Origin: Candidatus Pelearchaeum maunauluense
GTDB taxonomy: Archaea > Thermoproteota > Nitrososphaeria_A > Caldarchaeales > Caldarchaeaceae
Reading direction: 5' to 3'
Length of the DNA stretch: 64,000 bases
Assembly (NCBI GenBank): GCA_030059675.1
Contig: JANVYQ010000001.1
Location: 288,001-352,000 of the forward strand
Made by a program: the position numbers and the translations under genes. Shown piece by piece: positions 19,296-30,310 of this stretch (within the stretch, counting starts at the first letter, position 1; each line of letters starts with the position of its first letter). The notes beneath the pieces are model-generated. The model saw nothing but the letters and a program-made list of their open reading frames with translations, did not search any database and was not told the origin of the DNA.

Positions 19296-21833
19296 TTGCG
19301 AGCGCGGCCCTTGAGGAAAATCCTAGCAGTGTTGTTGGTTATGCTTTTACTTGTTTCGTTTATTTCAATTATTGCGGTAGGACAGGAGAGTGTAGCATGG
19401 TGGGATAATTTAGTGGTTATTGGTGATGCGTTTAGAACGGAGTTTTACTATGATTTGATTGATGAGCTTAGGGGGAGTATGGTTTTGAGGCTTTGCATAA
19501 CAGTGTTCAGTCGTGGATTGAGTATCGTGAGTGGGCTAGATATCCTGAGGAGTGGAATTTTGTGGAGAGGATGATTCGGGAGATTCATGATAGGGGTATT
19601 CCCGCTGGTGTTGTCTATGGTTATCATGCCGCCGATGTTGCTGCCAGAAGCTATGATGACAATGAGGGCTTCCTATACTATTATAGGTCTATATTGCCCC
19701 AGGATAAGAAATGGCGCTACCCCAACGGTAGTGTTGCAGGAGACCCGTATAGCGTTGGAGCGTCGCGGCAATTCACAGGCGCTTACGCGACACGCATATA
19801 CGGCTCGGCTAGAGACCTGAAGATACACAAAGAGGTTACGCTATACTTTGCGATGCAGCTCCAGAATCCTTATTGGCGTGATTTCTTCGTTGAGTGGGGT
19901 AAGGAGGCGATAGACAGGGGTGCGGACTCTTTCTTCATAGACAGCCCTGATGGTATCTTCACGTTCTATTGGGGTGGTGGCTGGGGCTGTGCAGACATGT
20001 GGGAAGGCTACCTGCTCGCGCAGCATCTCAGGAGAACACTGGGAGAGGAAACGCTCTCAAGGCTGGGCATAAGCTCAATAGAGAACTTCTGCCTCCCAAA
20101 ATACCTAGAGAACAAGTATGAGATAAGAGATGTATTCAGCGACTACGCGTATATACGCGAGCGTTTCAAGGTTTCGTGGCCTACTGAGGTTGTTAATTTT
20201 AGAAATGTTGAAGCTGTGCTGAGCGGCCCCGTCTTTAAAGAGGTGCTCGTATACTGGTATAGGTCTGCGATAGATTTTGTTAAGAGTGTTGCTAAGGAGC
20301 TTAAGGATTATGGTAGGCAGAGGGGTAAGGATGTTCTCCTGACCAGTAATGAGTATCTTGCATGGATTCCCCACATAACACTAACCCCCTACATGGATGT
20401 TATCTATGTTGAGACGAATCAGTTTAACGTTCCACCATATCAGACCAACTCTATCTTCTGCAAACTCGCTCAAGCTGCTGGGAATTATTCTAAGCGCGTA
20501 TGGGTTGGTGAGTGGGTATCATGGTTCTCAAATCCCTTTGACCCGTATAATCCGCCGCGCGATATTTCCAACTTAGTTAAGCTTAAGGTTGCTGAGGCGT
20601 ATTCCTCTGGCTGTTTGATGTTGATTCCCTTCGGGACTGGCTGGGTTGATGAGGGATGGCCTCCCAAGAGGCTTGTCCTAGGCTCAGAGCGGCAGCAGGT
20701 ATCTAGATACTATAGGTTCATAGCAGATAACCGCGAGCTGTTCAGGGATGTAAATAACATGGCTGATGTCGCCATTCTTGTCTCCATACCTACGGCGGTT
20801 TGGAGGAAGATACCCGCTCTAGGAGTGCGTGAGAGCATTAACTATCAGGAAGAGATTCTGGGGTGGGCTATTGCGCTGGAAAACATACACATACCCTACC
20901 AAGCGCTAATGCTAGGAATGGACAGGATATTCAACACCGACTCAAGCGAGAGGCTGGAACGCTACAGCCTAGTAATAGCGCCTCACCTCACGCACATATC
21001 TGAGAAAGACTTGGAGAAGATAGAGAAATACATAGAGAAGGGGGAAGGCTCATCATAAAGGAGGACTTCGCCAAATACGATGAAATGCATAATAGGCGCG
21101 CGAGAGAAAGGATTGATGGAATCCTCTCTCATAGGAATGTCTTAATTGTTGATAATAGGCTGGGCTATGAGTATAAAGCTTCTCTCAACAACGATAGGCA
21201 GGGTTATGTTGTGTTGAAGAAGATTGAGAAGGCTGTGGAGCGTTTTCTAGACGCAACTTACTAACAAACGCGAGGCCAACACTATACATTAACGTATTGG
21301 CCCAGAAGGCTGAGGATAGGATAATAATCCATCTAATCAACTATGATTATGGTTATGATTCTGCGCGCGACCGTATTAATCCGCACCCATCTTTCTGGCT
21401 CTCTCTAAAGCTCCCTGAACTGTATAGAGTATCTGATGTTTATCTAATGACGCCAGACGATAATAGCTCTCCTACTCCGCTGCAATACGAGATTAGGAAT
21501 AATCGGATAAACATTACATTACCCTACGTGGGTGTCTGGAGTATGATAGTTATTGAGCCCGTCTCACGCGTGGAGACTATTACAGAGACGCGCTTCCTCA
21601 CGTTTATGGATATTCTTGAGAGAACTGTAACTAAGGTGAATGTGGAGACCGAGACTACTACAATAGCATCAACATATGCTCGGACGCTCACTATTAGGGA
21701 GGAGCAGCCAGCTCCCTACCCAGCTAGCACGACGACACTCCTAATAGCGGTAGTTGCTGCTCTCGGATTGGCTGTAGGATACATGCTCAGGGGGAGAGGA
21801 CAAGGCCATAACCTACGGAATTCACAACCATAG
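19296..21833 (+). pseudogene. Large cell-surface glycoside-hydrolase-like protein split by about 3 frameshifts
   Basis: Signal peptide; TIM-barrel-like GADSFFIDSPD segment; GATase/trimerisation-like YSLVIAPHLTHIS...YIEKG; IIIHLINYDY beta domain; Thr-rich linker and C-terminal TM. Confidence 0.55.
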
Positions 21834-21918
21834 TACCATACGCAGTATGAATTAACGACGTTTCTCCACGCTTTAGGCAATGCTTATATTCTCGTATGAG
21901 GGGGTGAGTCGTCTAAAC

Positions 21919-22176
21919 ATGAGTGAAGAAAAGCGGCTGTCCAAGAAAGGTTGGGTTACGCAGTCACCTGAGGGTGATTTGCTGCTGGTGAATGATAAGG
22001 GAACGGCGTATAAGGTTAGCGAGTCTGTTGTGGCTGTCTGGAACATCTTTGAGAACAAGACCGTTGAGGAGGTTGTTAGTGAGATTGCTTCGCAGGTTGA
22101 TGTTGACGTTAACGAGCTGCGCGAGGCTATACAGCAGCTTGCTATCCAGCTTCAGGAAGCAGAACTCCTAGCATAA
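21919..22176 (+). CDS. PqqD-like / RiPP recognition element (RRE) protein
   Basis: Three-strand plus three-helix pattern LLLVN...YKVSESVVAVWNIFENKTVEEVVSEIA...LQEAELL. Confidence 0.6.
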   Translation: MSEEKRLSKKGWVTQSPEGDLLLVNDKGTAYKVSESVVAVWNIFENKTVEEVVSEIASQVDVDVNELREAIQQLAIQLQEAELLA

Positions 22177-22335
22177 GAGGAAATTAGGTAAAAAGAGCCT
22201 AACATCCAAACCCCTGGCGTGGGTTGCAGCAGCGCCAGCGCTGCGCACCCAGCTATATTGTTTTCTGATAAAATTATTGACGACTGAACAGTGAGGTTCG
22301 TGGAGTGCTACTACTGCTCGCAAAGAAACGCTAGG

Positions 22336-23555
22336 CTATGTGTATAGTTTCTTGAGCCGTTGTAATAGCCCCTCTGTGAGGTTCTGCAGCGTGAATTGCT
22401 GTGCTCTTGAGCGCGCGTTCTCCGACATCTTGTCGTGTAGCTCCTGGTCTTCTGCGAGTCTTCTTATTGCTGCCGCGGCTCCCCTGTAGTCTTCTGGCCC
22501 CCTTACGTGGATTCCGTCTATCCCATCCCGCACAAGCCAGCGCTGGCCGCCGACGGCCGAGGTTACCACAGGCACGCCGCAATACATGAACTCCAGCTGC
22601 GTTATTCCCAGTGCCTCCATTCTGCTCATGATTATATTTAGGTAGGATTTCTTCATGAGCGCCACTTTCTCCTCGTCGTTTAGCCTCCCTATGTAGCTCA
22701 GGTTGTGAAGCCCCCTGCTCTCGCGTAGCACCTTCTCATGCTGGTTTGATGGTGCTCCAGCTATTACGAAGTGTATATCCCTCCTGTCTGTGAGGAGCTT
22801 TGCCGCCCTCACCACCGCGAGCGGGTTCTTCCGCTCTTCAATCGTCCCGACATAGCTCACCAGCTTGACGTCGGTTGGTATGTTATACTGCTCAAGAATC
22901 TTCTCAGGCTCTCTCGCGGCGTTGTCTATGAACTCCGAGTCAACTCCTCCTGGGTAGAGGTGTATCTGCTCGCGCCGCGCTCCCAGCCTGAGCATGTCTT
23001 CCTCCTCAAGCGGGGTGGTGCAGAGGATTAGGTCCGCCGTCCTGAATATCTGGGGAAAGACGAGCCTATTCCACGCCTCGCGGTAGCACCGCTCAATCAA
23101 GCTATAGTGCGTGGGGTCGGGCGGCTGGTAGTGCGGCATATGGCAGAAGGTTAGGGGCTTCTGAAGAAGCCACTCAGCCATCAAAGCCCTAACCCAGAGA
23201 ACAAACTTCGCCGCATCCTCAGGCCCGTTCCAGAGCGTGCTGTGCGTTATCATCACGTCAAACCCAATCTCCTCATAGAGCCTTCGCAGCGTGTTGACGT
23301 AGTCGCGTAGCATGATGCGGCGCGGTGGCCAGGTTGAATGGTAGCCGTCAACCCTGATTACTGGGACGCCGAACTCGTTTTCGTTGCTCCAGATGTAGCC
23401 CTTCACCGAGGTTTCTATAACCTTAGGCGAGATTACGGGCTTGTAACCAAGTATGACTTGCACCCCTGCTTCTGGAGCTGCAACGCTAGGCGCTGGGCTA
23501 CCAGCTCCTGTCCCTTCGTGAAACTAGTTTGATACATTATGTTGATTATCTTCAT
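22336..23555 (-). pseudogene. GT4 glycosyltransferase, frameshifted near the N-terminus
   Basis: VGTIEERKN, SRMEALGITQLEFMYCGVPVV; the true N-terminus MKIINIMYQTSFTKGQELVAQR is in another frame and overlaps the HAD stop (ATGA). Confidence 0.8.
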
Positions 23556-24322
23556 GAGACATGCATCTCTCTCAAGATTGACTCAACATCGCGCGAGGTT
23601 TGGAGGGACTCTAGGAAGCTCTCCCGCGCGTTGAATGGTATTAGGTGCTTGGCTTCTAGGTTCTTGGGAGACTCGCTGTGCGTTATCCCTATGCTTATCT
23701 CAGCCTCCCTGAACGCTGGGTTATCTGCCTCTGAGTCGCCCATGTATATTACAGCGCCGCTTATGTGGAGGATTTCCCTCAGCCTGCGGAGAGCCTTCCC
23801 CTTATCTATCTCAGCCGCGAAGACGTCAAGATACGGCCGCCCAGGGTATCGCATTACATGAAGCCCGTGCTCCCTGGCCTCCGTCTCTATGAGTATCGTA
23901 GCCTCAACAGCTTTCTCGGCGCTGCGCGATAAGCGCCAGTCAAACGCGAGGCCAGCTAACGTTATGCGGTCGCGTAGTAGCTTCCTCTACACCACTATCC
24001 CATCCAGCCCGCTGGCCAGCTCCTCGGCCAGGGATAGCACACGCCTTATCGCGTGCTGCCTCTCCGCGACGCGCTCATCAACATAGCTCATGTTGTCTCG
24101 CGTGGTTATCTCCAGGCCGCCTACCGTAGCCCATGCGTGGGCGAAGGGGACTGGACGGCTGGCGAAGTGATAGTCCTTCGTCGTTATCACGGCCAGCTTA
24201 AGCTCCTCGGATAGCCTGCTCAGAGCTGCGTGGAGGCGGCTCGTTAGGCGTGCCGCCTCCCTACTCACGTCTGGGGGTATGAGAGTCCCGTCCAGGTCTG
24301 TGAACAGGGCTTCAACAAGCAT
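23552..24322 (-). pseudogene. HAD IIB phosphatase (trehalose-phosphate phosphatase-like) with in-frame TAG
   Basis: LFTDLDGTL, IDKGKAL, YMGDSEADNPAF; the two ORF halves are in one frame, separated by TAG at 23987-23989. Confidence 0.8.
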
Positions 24323-24329
24323 CGCAGGG

Positions 24330-24994
24330 TCATCTTCTCTGTAGCCATTCCTTCACCCTGTCTTTCAGGAGCCATCCAACGACGATGCCCGCCGCGACGC
24401 CTACAAAAATCGCCAAAGACCACGCGAAAGCCTGCGCAACTATGTAGATTATCGTAACATCAACACCAAGCTGTGAGAGCGCTATCGTTATCGTAACAAA
24501 GTAGAGGATTACCTTAACAGCGTCTCCTATCATGCTTATGTAGATTGCCTGAGACGACTCTATCGTGAAGCTCTTCTTTATTGACTCGCCCACCCAGTCG
24601 GAGATTATGAACCCTATGATGAATATTAGGAGGGCGCTGATGAAAGCTGGTAGGTATGTCATGAATGTGTTTATCGCCTGGTCTGCCAGGGTACCTGGAG
24701 GTTCTCCAGGGCTACGAGAATCGCTGCTATGTAGATTATCCACTTCGTCACCGCTTTGGAGAATTCGGAGGCCGTGAAGCCTGCTCTCAGTATTGCGCGG
24801 CCTACTGAGGTTCTCCTAAACGCCGCGTTGGCGCCTATCCTGTCCATAGTCCTTCCTATTATCTTCCCTACCACATGGCCAGCAACCCAGCCAACAACCA
24901 GAACAATAACGGCAGCTATAACGTTAGGGATGTAAGCGTAAAGAGTTTCCAGAAGCCCATTGCTAGTGAGTAAATCAATCTGACTTAGAAACAA
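24330..24994 (-). pseudogene. Mechanosensitive-channel-like (MscS TM repeat) membrane protein, frameshifted
   Basis: Duplicated YIPNVIAAVIVLVVGW / YLPAFISALLIFIIGF repeats, ALSQLGVD; frame break near 24690. Confidence 0.75.
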
Positions 24995-25079
24995 GATTCA
25001 TTCGTAATCGTTTTCTCCTCGGTTTATTTAACTCTGATGCTCTCTAGATTCCTAGAAATCCTAATGCATGATAAGATAA

Positions 25080-26024
25080 TTAGATGAGGTTGAGCTTTCG
25101 CGCTGTCTCTATGATTCTGTTTGCTATTCTTATTGTTGCTGCGTCTATCATCTCTCCCTCAAGCGCTATCGCTCCCCTGCCTTCTGCCCATGCCCTCTGA
25201 TACTCCTCTATTATGAGCTTGGCTCTGCTAATCTCCTCTTGGGTTGGCGTGAATATCTTGTTGCATAGCTCTATCTGGGACGGGTGTATAACCCACTTCC
25301 CATCATAACCCATGCTCCGCGCGAGCTTCGCAGACTCCTCAAACCCACTCAGGTCGTTGATGACCGCATAAGGCCCGTCTATCGCCTGCAACCCCGCTGC
25401 CGCCGCTGCGTTCCTTATCTGAAACATGGCGTAATGCCATATATGGCCTGGGTAGCCCGCTGCCTGCGCACCTATCGTCATGCCGCGCATACCTATGCTC
25501 GCGGCGTAGTCGCCTGGCCCGAAGATGAGCGCCTCAAGCCTATCGCTACACCTAGCTATCTCATTCACATTCGCGAGTCCCTTTGCGGTCTCTATCTGCG
25601 CCTCAAGGGCTATGCGCTTGCCCAGTCCTAAACTCTCTTCAAGGCTGGCTAAGACCTTCTCAACGGCCAGCACCTCCGCTGGCTCATCAACCTTCGGAAT
25701 CATGATACAGTCTATCCTCTCTCCAGCGCCCTCAACAACGCTAACCAAATCACCAACCCAATACCTCGTGCGCACACCATTAATCCTAACAGCAACCGTC
25801 TTCCCCTCCGAAGGCCTAGCCTCGTTAAGGATTTGGACAATATTCCTCCGCGCCTCAAGCTTCTGGCCAGGAGCCACAGAGTCCTCAAGGTCCAGGAAGA
25901 CCTCATCAACAGGAAGCTCCTCAAGAGCCTTACGCATCATCTTAACGCTACTCCCAGGCGAGGCCATCTCACTCCTTCGTAGACGCTCCACAGCCATCCC
26001 AACCATGAAACGCCTTTCCGTCAT
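25080..26024 (-). CDS. CitE/HpcH-family CoA-ester lyase, malyl-CoA lyase-like
   Basis: RRSEMASPGS, FLDLEDSVAP, VRING, IETAKG, FGPGDYAAS, WHYA, IDGPY, GKWVIHPSQ. Confidence 0.85.
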   Translation of the reverse strand: MTERRFMVGMAVERLRRSEMASPGSSVKMMRKALEELPVDEVFLDLEDSVAPGQKLEARRNIVQILNEARPSEGKTVAVRINGVRTRYWVGDLVSVVEGAGERIDCIMIPKVDEPAEVLAVEKVLASLEESLGLGKRIALEAQIETAKGLANVNEIARCSDRLEALIFGPGDYAASIGMRGMTIGAQAAGYPGHIWHYAMFQIRNAAAAAGLQAIDGPYAVINDLSGFEESAKLARSMGYDGKWVIHPSQIELCNKIFTPTQEEISRAKLIIEEYQRAWAEGRGAIALEGEMIDAATIRIANRIIETARKLNLI

Positions 26025-26116
26025 TTAGCACTTCCTCATCTTACCGGTTACAATTCTTTAGCAATAACCCAATTTTTGTATAAGTTAAATTAGCAGCATA
26101 ACCCAACACTACATGC

Positions 26117-27280
26117 ATGTCTAGGTCTTCTAGCGGAAAAACCACACCAAGGACTACAATACTGACCGTGCTTCTCATTATCTTCTTGATAGCTGCTGTT
26201 GCTGGATGGGTTAGGCCCCCTCAAACAGTTGAGAAGACAATAACGCAGACAGTTATGCAGACCACGACTGTGGCGGCTGGTGAGGGTGTCAGAACTATAA
26301 CACAGACAACAACACTAACAAAAACAGAAACCCAAAAGGTAACAGTCACAGTCACCGCGACTCCACAGCCCCCAACACCCATCAAAATAAGACTCGCAAG
26401 CCTCGCCTTCCCCAGCTACATGCTCGTTCTCCAGAAGATAATAGAAGAGAAACGCGTTGACCTCAAGCATGGCCTCGATATAGAGTGGGTCCCACAGACA
26501 ACAATCGCAGGGTTCTACTCCACAATCCTAACCGGGGAGGTCGACGGCATACCTGGAGGAGGCCCCCTCACTTTCCAAAAGATGAAAGTAGAGCAGGGCG
26601 CTCCAATAAAAATCACCAACACACTGGCTACGATGACGTTATCGGTAGTCACGATAAATCCTGATGTCAAGAGTTTTGAAGACCTGCGTGGTAAGAAGCT
26701 GGCCGTAGATGTAGGTGCTACAGACTTCCTCATACTCAAAACATACGCGAGCAAGCTTGGTATCGACATAGAGAAGGAAGTAACTCTAGTCCCTACGACA
26801 TACCCAATAGCGCGCGGCCAGCTTGTTGCTGGGGACGTTGATGCTGCTGTCCTAGTTGAGCCGCATATATCGCTGGCGAAGAGAGATAATCCCAACGCGA
26901 GAGTTATCCTAGTCTTTGATGAGGCCTGGAGGGAAATAACAGGACAGCCATTCGGAATATACCTAGTTACAGCCCTCCGCGAAGATTATCTGGCTAAGAA
27001 TCCCGAAGTCCCAGCTAGGCTCATTAAGGTCTTCCAAGAAGTTGAAGACTTCCTCAGACGCAACCCAGAGGAGGCAGATGCCATACTCTCTGCTGGCATG
27101 AAGATAAGCCCAGGAATCATGTATAACGCTATAATATTCGGCAGGATAGATTATAGAATATACCCAGCATGGAGGAGCGACATAAGGGAAAACCTGGAAA
27201 CAATGTTCCAGTTCGGTGTTGATACTGGCTTCGTGAGCGCGCTTCCAGGGCCAGGCTTCATCTACACACCATCAGGATAG
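26117..27280 (+). CDS. NitT/TauT-family ABC substrate-binding protein
   Basis: N-terminal TM, Thr-rich stalk, GLDIEW, DLRGKKLAV, GDVDAAVLVEP. Confidence 0.85.
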   Translation: MSRSSSGKTTPRTTILTVLLIIFLIAAVAGWVRPPQTVEKTITQTVMQTTTVAAGEGVRTITQTTTLTKTETQKVTVTVTATPQPPTPIKIRLASLAFPSYMLVLQKIIEEKRVDLKHGLDIEWVPQTTIAGFYSTILTGEVDGIPGGGPLTFQKMKVEQGAPIKITNTLATMTLSVVTINPDVKSFEDLRGKKLAVDVGATDFLILKTYASKLGIDIEKEVTLVPTTYPIARGQLVAGDVDAAVLVEPHISLAKRDNPNARVILVFDEAWREITGQPFGIYLVTALREDYLAKNPEVPARLIKVFQEVEDFLRRNPEEADAILSAGMKISPGIMYNAIIFGRIDYRIYPAWRSDIRENLETMFQFGVDTGFVSALPGPGFIYTPSG

Positions 27281-27327
27281 CCAAACATAATAAACCCCGT
27301 AACACCATTCTTATTTTTTGAGGCGAA

Positions 27328-28092
27328 TTGGAGAGAGCCAGGGAAATCGAGGTTCTCAAGCTATATAGAGTATTCAGAGGTAGGAAAGAATATGCTATAT
27401 CGCTCCTAGCTCTGGCGGTAGCGTGGGAAATAGCATCTTACATATTCCCACCATACGCGGTCCCAAGCTGGTCAATAATACTCAAGACACTAATTTCACT
27501 CGACTTCACACACGCCTACATCACGGTAATACGCGTCCTCCTAGCTCTGGCGGCAGCCTTCGCGGTAGGCTTTCTCCTCGCGGTAATCATGTACCTCTCG
27601 CGCAGAATTGAGCGATACATATTGCCCTTGGTTAATCTCGTAATGGCTGTTCCAGCAATATGCTGGGTTCTCTTCGCTATTCTCTGGTTCAAAGAGCCTG
27701 AGTTCAGGATATTCTTCGTGCTGGTAGCTGTCTGCGGGCCTGGATTCCTGATAGATATCCTGGACGGTATGAAGAATATACCGCGTCACTTGAGGGAGAT
27801 GCTCGTATCGTTTAGGCCGTCCAAGAACCAGCTTGTCAGAAAGCTCATACTTCCCGCAATAGTGCCCTCAATACTAACTACCTGGAAGATTAACCTAGGT
27901 CTGGCCGTAAGGGTGGTTACAGTAGCAGAACTCGTCGGAACAATATCAGGTATAGGATACGCTCTAAACTTCGCCCTGGGAAACCTAAGCCTCGCAGAAA
28001 TATTCGCATGGTCACTCGTACTAGTAACAATCCTATTATCTCTACAGGGTGTGGTTTACATGCTTGAGGCTAGGCTTCTTAAATGGCGGTGA
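27328..28092 (+). CDS. NitT/TauT-family ABC permease
   Basis: VPAICW, LILPAIVPSI, VAELVG..SGIG. Confidence 0.87.
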   Translation: MERAREIEVLKLYRVFRGRKEYAISLLALAVAWEIASYIFPPYAVPSWSIILKTLISLDFTHAYITVIRVLLALAAAFAVGFLLAVIMYLSRRIERYILPLVNLVMAVPAICWVLFAILWFKEPEFRIFFVLVAVCGPGFLIDILDGMKNIPRHLREMLVSFRPSKNQLVRKLILPAIVPSILTTWKINLGLAVRVVTVAELVGTISGIGYALNFALGNLSLAEIFAWSLVLVTILLSLQGVVYMLEARLLKWR

Positions 28093-28098
28093 TTTGGT

Positions 28099-28887
28099 GT
28101 GCCACGTATAGTGGTGGAGAACCTTAGGAAGGAGTTTGGACAGCAGAAAGGCGAGCAGAGGGTAGTAGCTATTGAAGAGCTTAGCTTCACCATAGAGGAG
28201 TCGGAGATTGTTAGCATAGTAGGCCAGACAGGATGCGGTAAATCAACATTCCTCAGAATATTGTTGGGCGTGGATTCACCAACCAGTGGACGGGTGTTGG
28301 TTGACGGTATAGAGCCCTATAAGGAGTTTGATAAGTTGAAGGGTAAGATTGCCGCGGTCTTTCAGGAGGATAGGCTTCTCCCATGGAGAACTGCTCTGGA
28401 TAATGCGAAGCTGGGGCTTGAGATACTTGGGATACCTAAGGAGGAGCAGCGGGAGAGGGCTGCGCGTTGGCTTGATAGGCTTGGGCTGGCTGGCTTTCAT
28501 AATGCTTATCCGTCAGAACTAAGCGGAGGTATGAGGCAGAGGGTAGCACTAGCACGTGCTCTCGCAATAGAACCTGCCATAATACTCTTTGACGAAGCCT
28601 TCGGCCATCTTGACGAGGTAACGGCAGCGCGTCTAAGGTCAGACTTCCTAAACCTTAGCAAGCAACAAAGATACACAACAGTTATGATAACTCACAACTT
28701 GGATGAAGCGATAGAATCCACTAATAGGATTCTAGTTTTTGGAAGACCAGCCAAGCTACTGGCTGATATAAACCTGAGCTATGTGGATAAAAGTGATTTG
28801 GCTGAGGTCTATCGTCTCCGCAGGTTGATTCAGTCAGTTATTGAGAGTAATCGTCCACTGGAGTCTGTAGGTGCGCAGACATTTTAG
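28099..28887 (+). CDS. NitT/TauT-family ABC ATPase
   Basis: [43 protein letters not shown]. Confidence 0.92.
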   Translation: MPRIVVENLRKEFGQQKGEQRVVAIEELSFTIEESEIVSIVGQTGCGKSTFLRILLGVDSPTSGRVLVDGIEPYKEFDKLKGKIAAVFQEDRLLPWRTALDNAKLGLEILGIPKEEQRERAARWLDRLGLAGFHNAYPSELSGGMRQRVALARALAIEPAIILFDEAFGHLDEVTAARLRSDFLNLSKQQRYTTVMITHNLDEAIESTNRILVFGRPAKLLADINLSYVDKSDLAEVYRLRRLIQSVIESNRPLESVGAQTF

Positions 28888-30152
28888 AATTGGGTTGCCT
28901 CGGTTGAGCCGCAGAGCGCCGCCCTATCCGCGCCCTCGCCCAGAACTATCCTTAACACCTCGTCGTAGTAGCCTGTGCCTACGAAGCTTTGGTGCTTCAC
29001 AGCCCTGTAGCCTGTCTTCTCCAGCTCAAACTCGTGTTGCTGTAGCTTGACATAAGCCGGCAGCCCTGTCTCGGCCATCCCTCTGGCCAGCTCGTACATG
29101 GAAGCGTTGAGCGAGTGGAAGCCTGCTAGAGTTATGAACTGGAACTTATACCCCATCTCGCCCAGCCGCTGCTGGAACCCGGCTATCGTCTCCTCATCTA
29201 GGTTCTTACGCCAGTTGAATGAGGGTGAGAGGTTGTATGCCAGCATCTTGTTGGGATGTTCGCGGCGTATGGCTTCTGCGAACCGTCTAGCCTCCTCTAG
29301 GTCTGGCTTGGATGTCTCAAACCAAATCATGTCGGCGTATGGTGCGTAAGCTAGGCCGCGCGCTATCGCAGCCTCAAGCCCGCCGCGCATCACGTAATAG
29401 CCCTCGGGGGTCCTCTCACCAGTTATGAACCGCCTATCGCGCGCATCTACGTCGCTGGTTATGTACTGCGCTCCCAGGGCGTCTGTTCTCGCTATGAGTA
29501 TTGTTGGCACTCCCAGGACGTCGGCCGCAAGGCGCGCGGCTATGAGAATCTTCACGAAGCTCCGGGTGGGGACTAGGACCTTGCCCCCAAGGTGGCCACA
29601 GCGCCTCTCGCTAGGTGATTGGTCTTCAAAATGCACGCCAGCCGCGCCGGCTTCTATCATGGCCTTCATAAGCTCAAAGGCGTGGAGCGGCCCTCCGAAG
29701 CCTGCTTCGCCGTCAGCCACGATGGGGACGAAGTAATCCACGCGCGGCCCGCCGTTGAGGTGCTTTATCTGGTCAGCCCTCTGGAGCGCCTGCACTATCC
29801 TCTTCACAAGTATTGGGACGCTGTTGGACGGGTATAGCCCTAGGTCTGGGTACATCTGCCCCGCAGCATTAGCGTCTGCCGCTACCTGCCAGCCGCTTAC
29901 GTAAATCGCCCTAAGCCCAGCCTCAACCATCTGTATCGCCTGGTTCCCAGTGAGAGCACCCATCGCCGAGATGTATGGCATGGTAGCTAGCTGGCGCCAG
30001 AACTTCTCAGCACCAAGCCTGGCTACCGTGTATTCTATCTTGAGCGAACCGCGCAGCCTGAGCACATCCTCAGCCGTATAAGGCCTTGCTATGCCCCTCC
30101 ACCTCTCGGAGCGCCACTCCTCCTCAATTAAGCGTATCTCAGCCTCGCGCAA
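28884..30152 (-). CDS. aceA: Isocitrate lyase
   Basis: [76 protein letters not shown]. Confidence 0.95.
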   Translation of the reverse strand: MREAEIRLIEEEWRSERWRGIARPYTAEDVLRLRGSLKIEYTVARLGAEKFWRQLATMPYISAMGALTGNQAIQMVEAGLRAIYVSGWQVAADANAAGQMYPDLGLYPSNSVPILVKRIVQALQRADQIKHLNGGPRVDYFVPIVADGEAGFGGPLHAFELMKAMIEAGAAGVHFEDQSPSERRCGHLGGKVLVPTRSFVKILIAARLAADVLGVPTILIARTDALGAQYITSDVDARDRRFITGERTPEGYYVMRGGLEAAIARGLAYAPYADMIWFETSKPDLEEARRFAEAIRREHPNKMLAYNLSPSFNWRKNLDEETIAGFQQRLGEMGYKFQFITLAGFHSLNASMYELARGMAETGLPAYVKLQQHEFELEKTGYRAVKHQSFVGTGYYDEVLRIVLGEGADRAALCGSTEATQF

Positions 30153-30310
30153 GGTTATTCACCGTTTGTTGGTGAGCGGTGGGATTGGCGCAATACTATA
30201 TGAATATAACGTATATGTCATATGATTTTACATGAAACTTACGTAAAAAACTAAAGGTAACATATTTTAAGCCTGCGTCTTACCTATTTGTGCTTTACGG
30301 GTGGCAGTAG

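Noticed and set aside
22200-22330. Second C/D sRNA or structured RNA
   Set aside because: Box-like words are present, but the spacing is wrong and the terminal D box is missing
23987-23989. In-frame TAG as pyrrolysine or programmed read-through
   Set aside because: Context (IVV*RK) fits a GAG-to-TAG change, both neighbouring genes are also broken, and no pyl genes are in view
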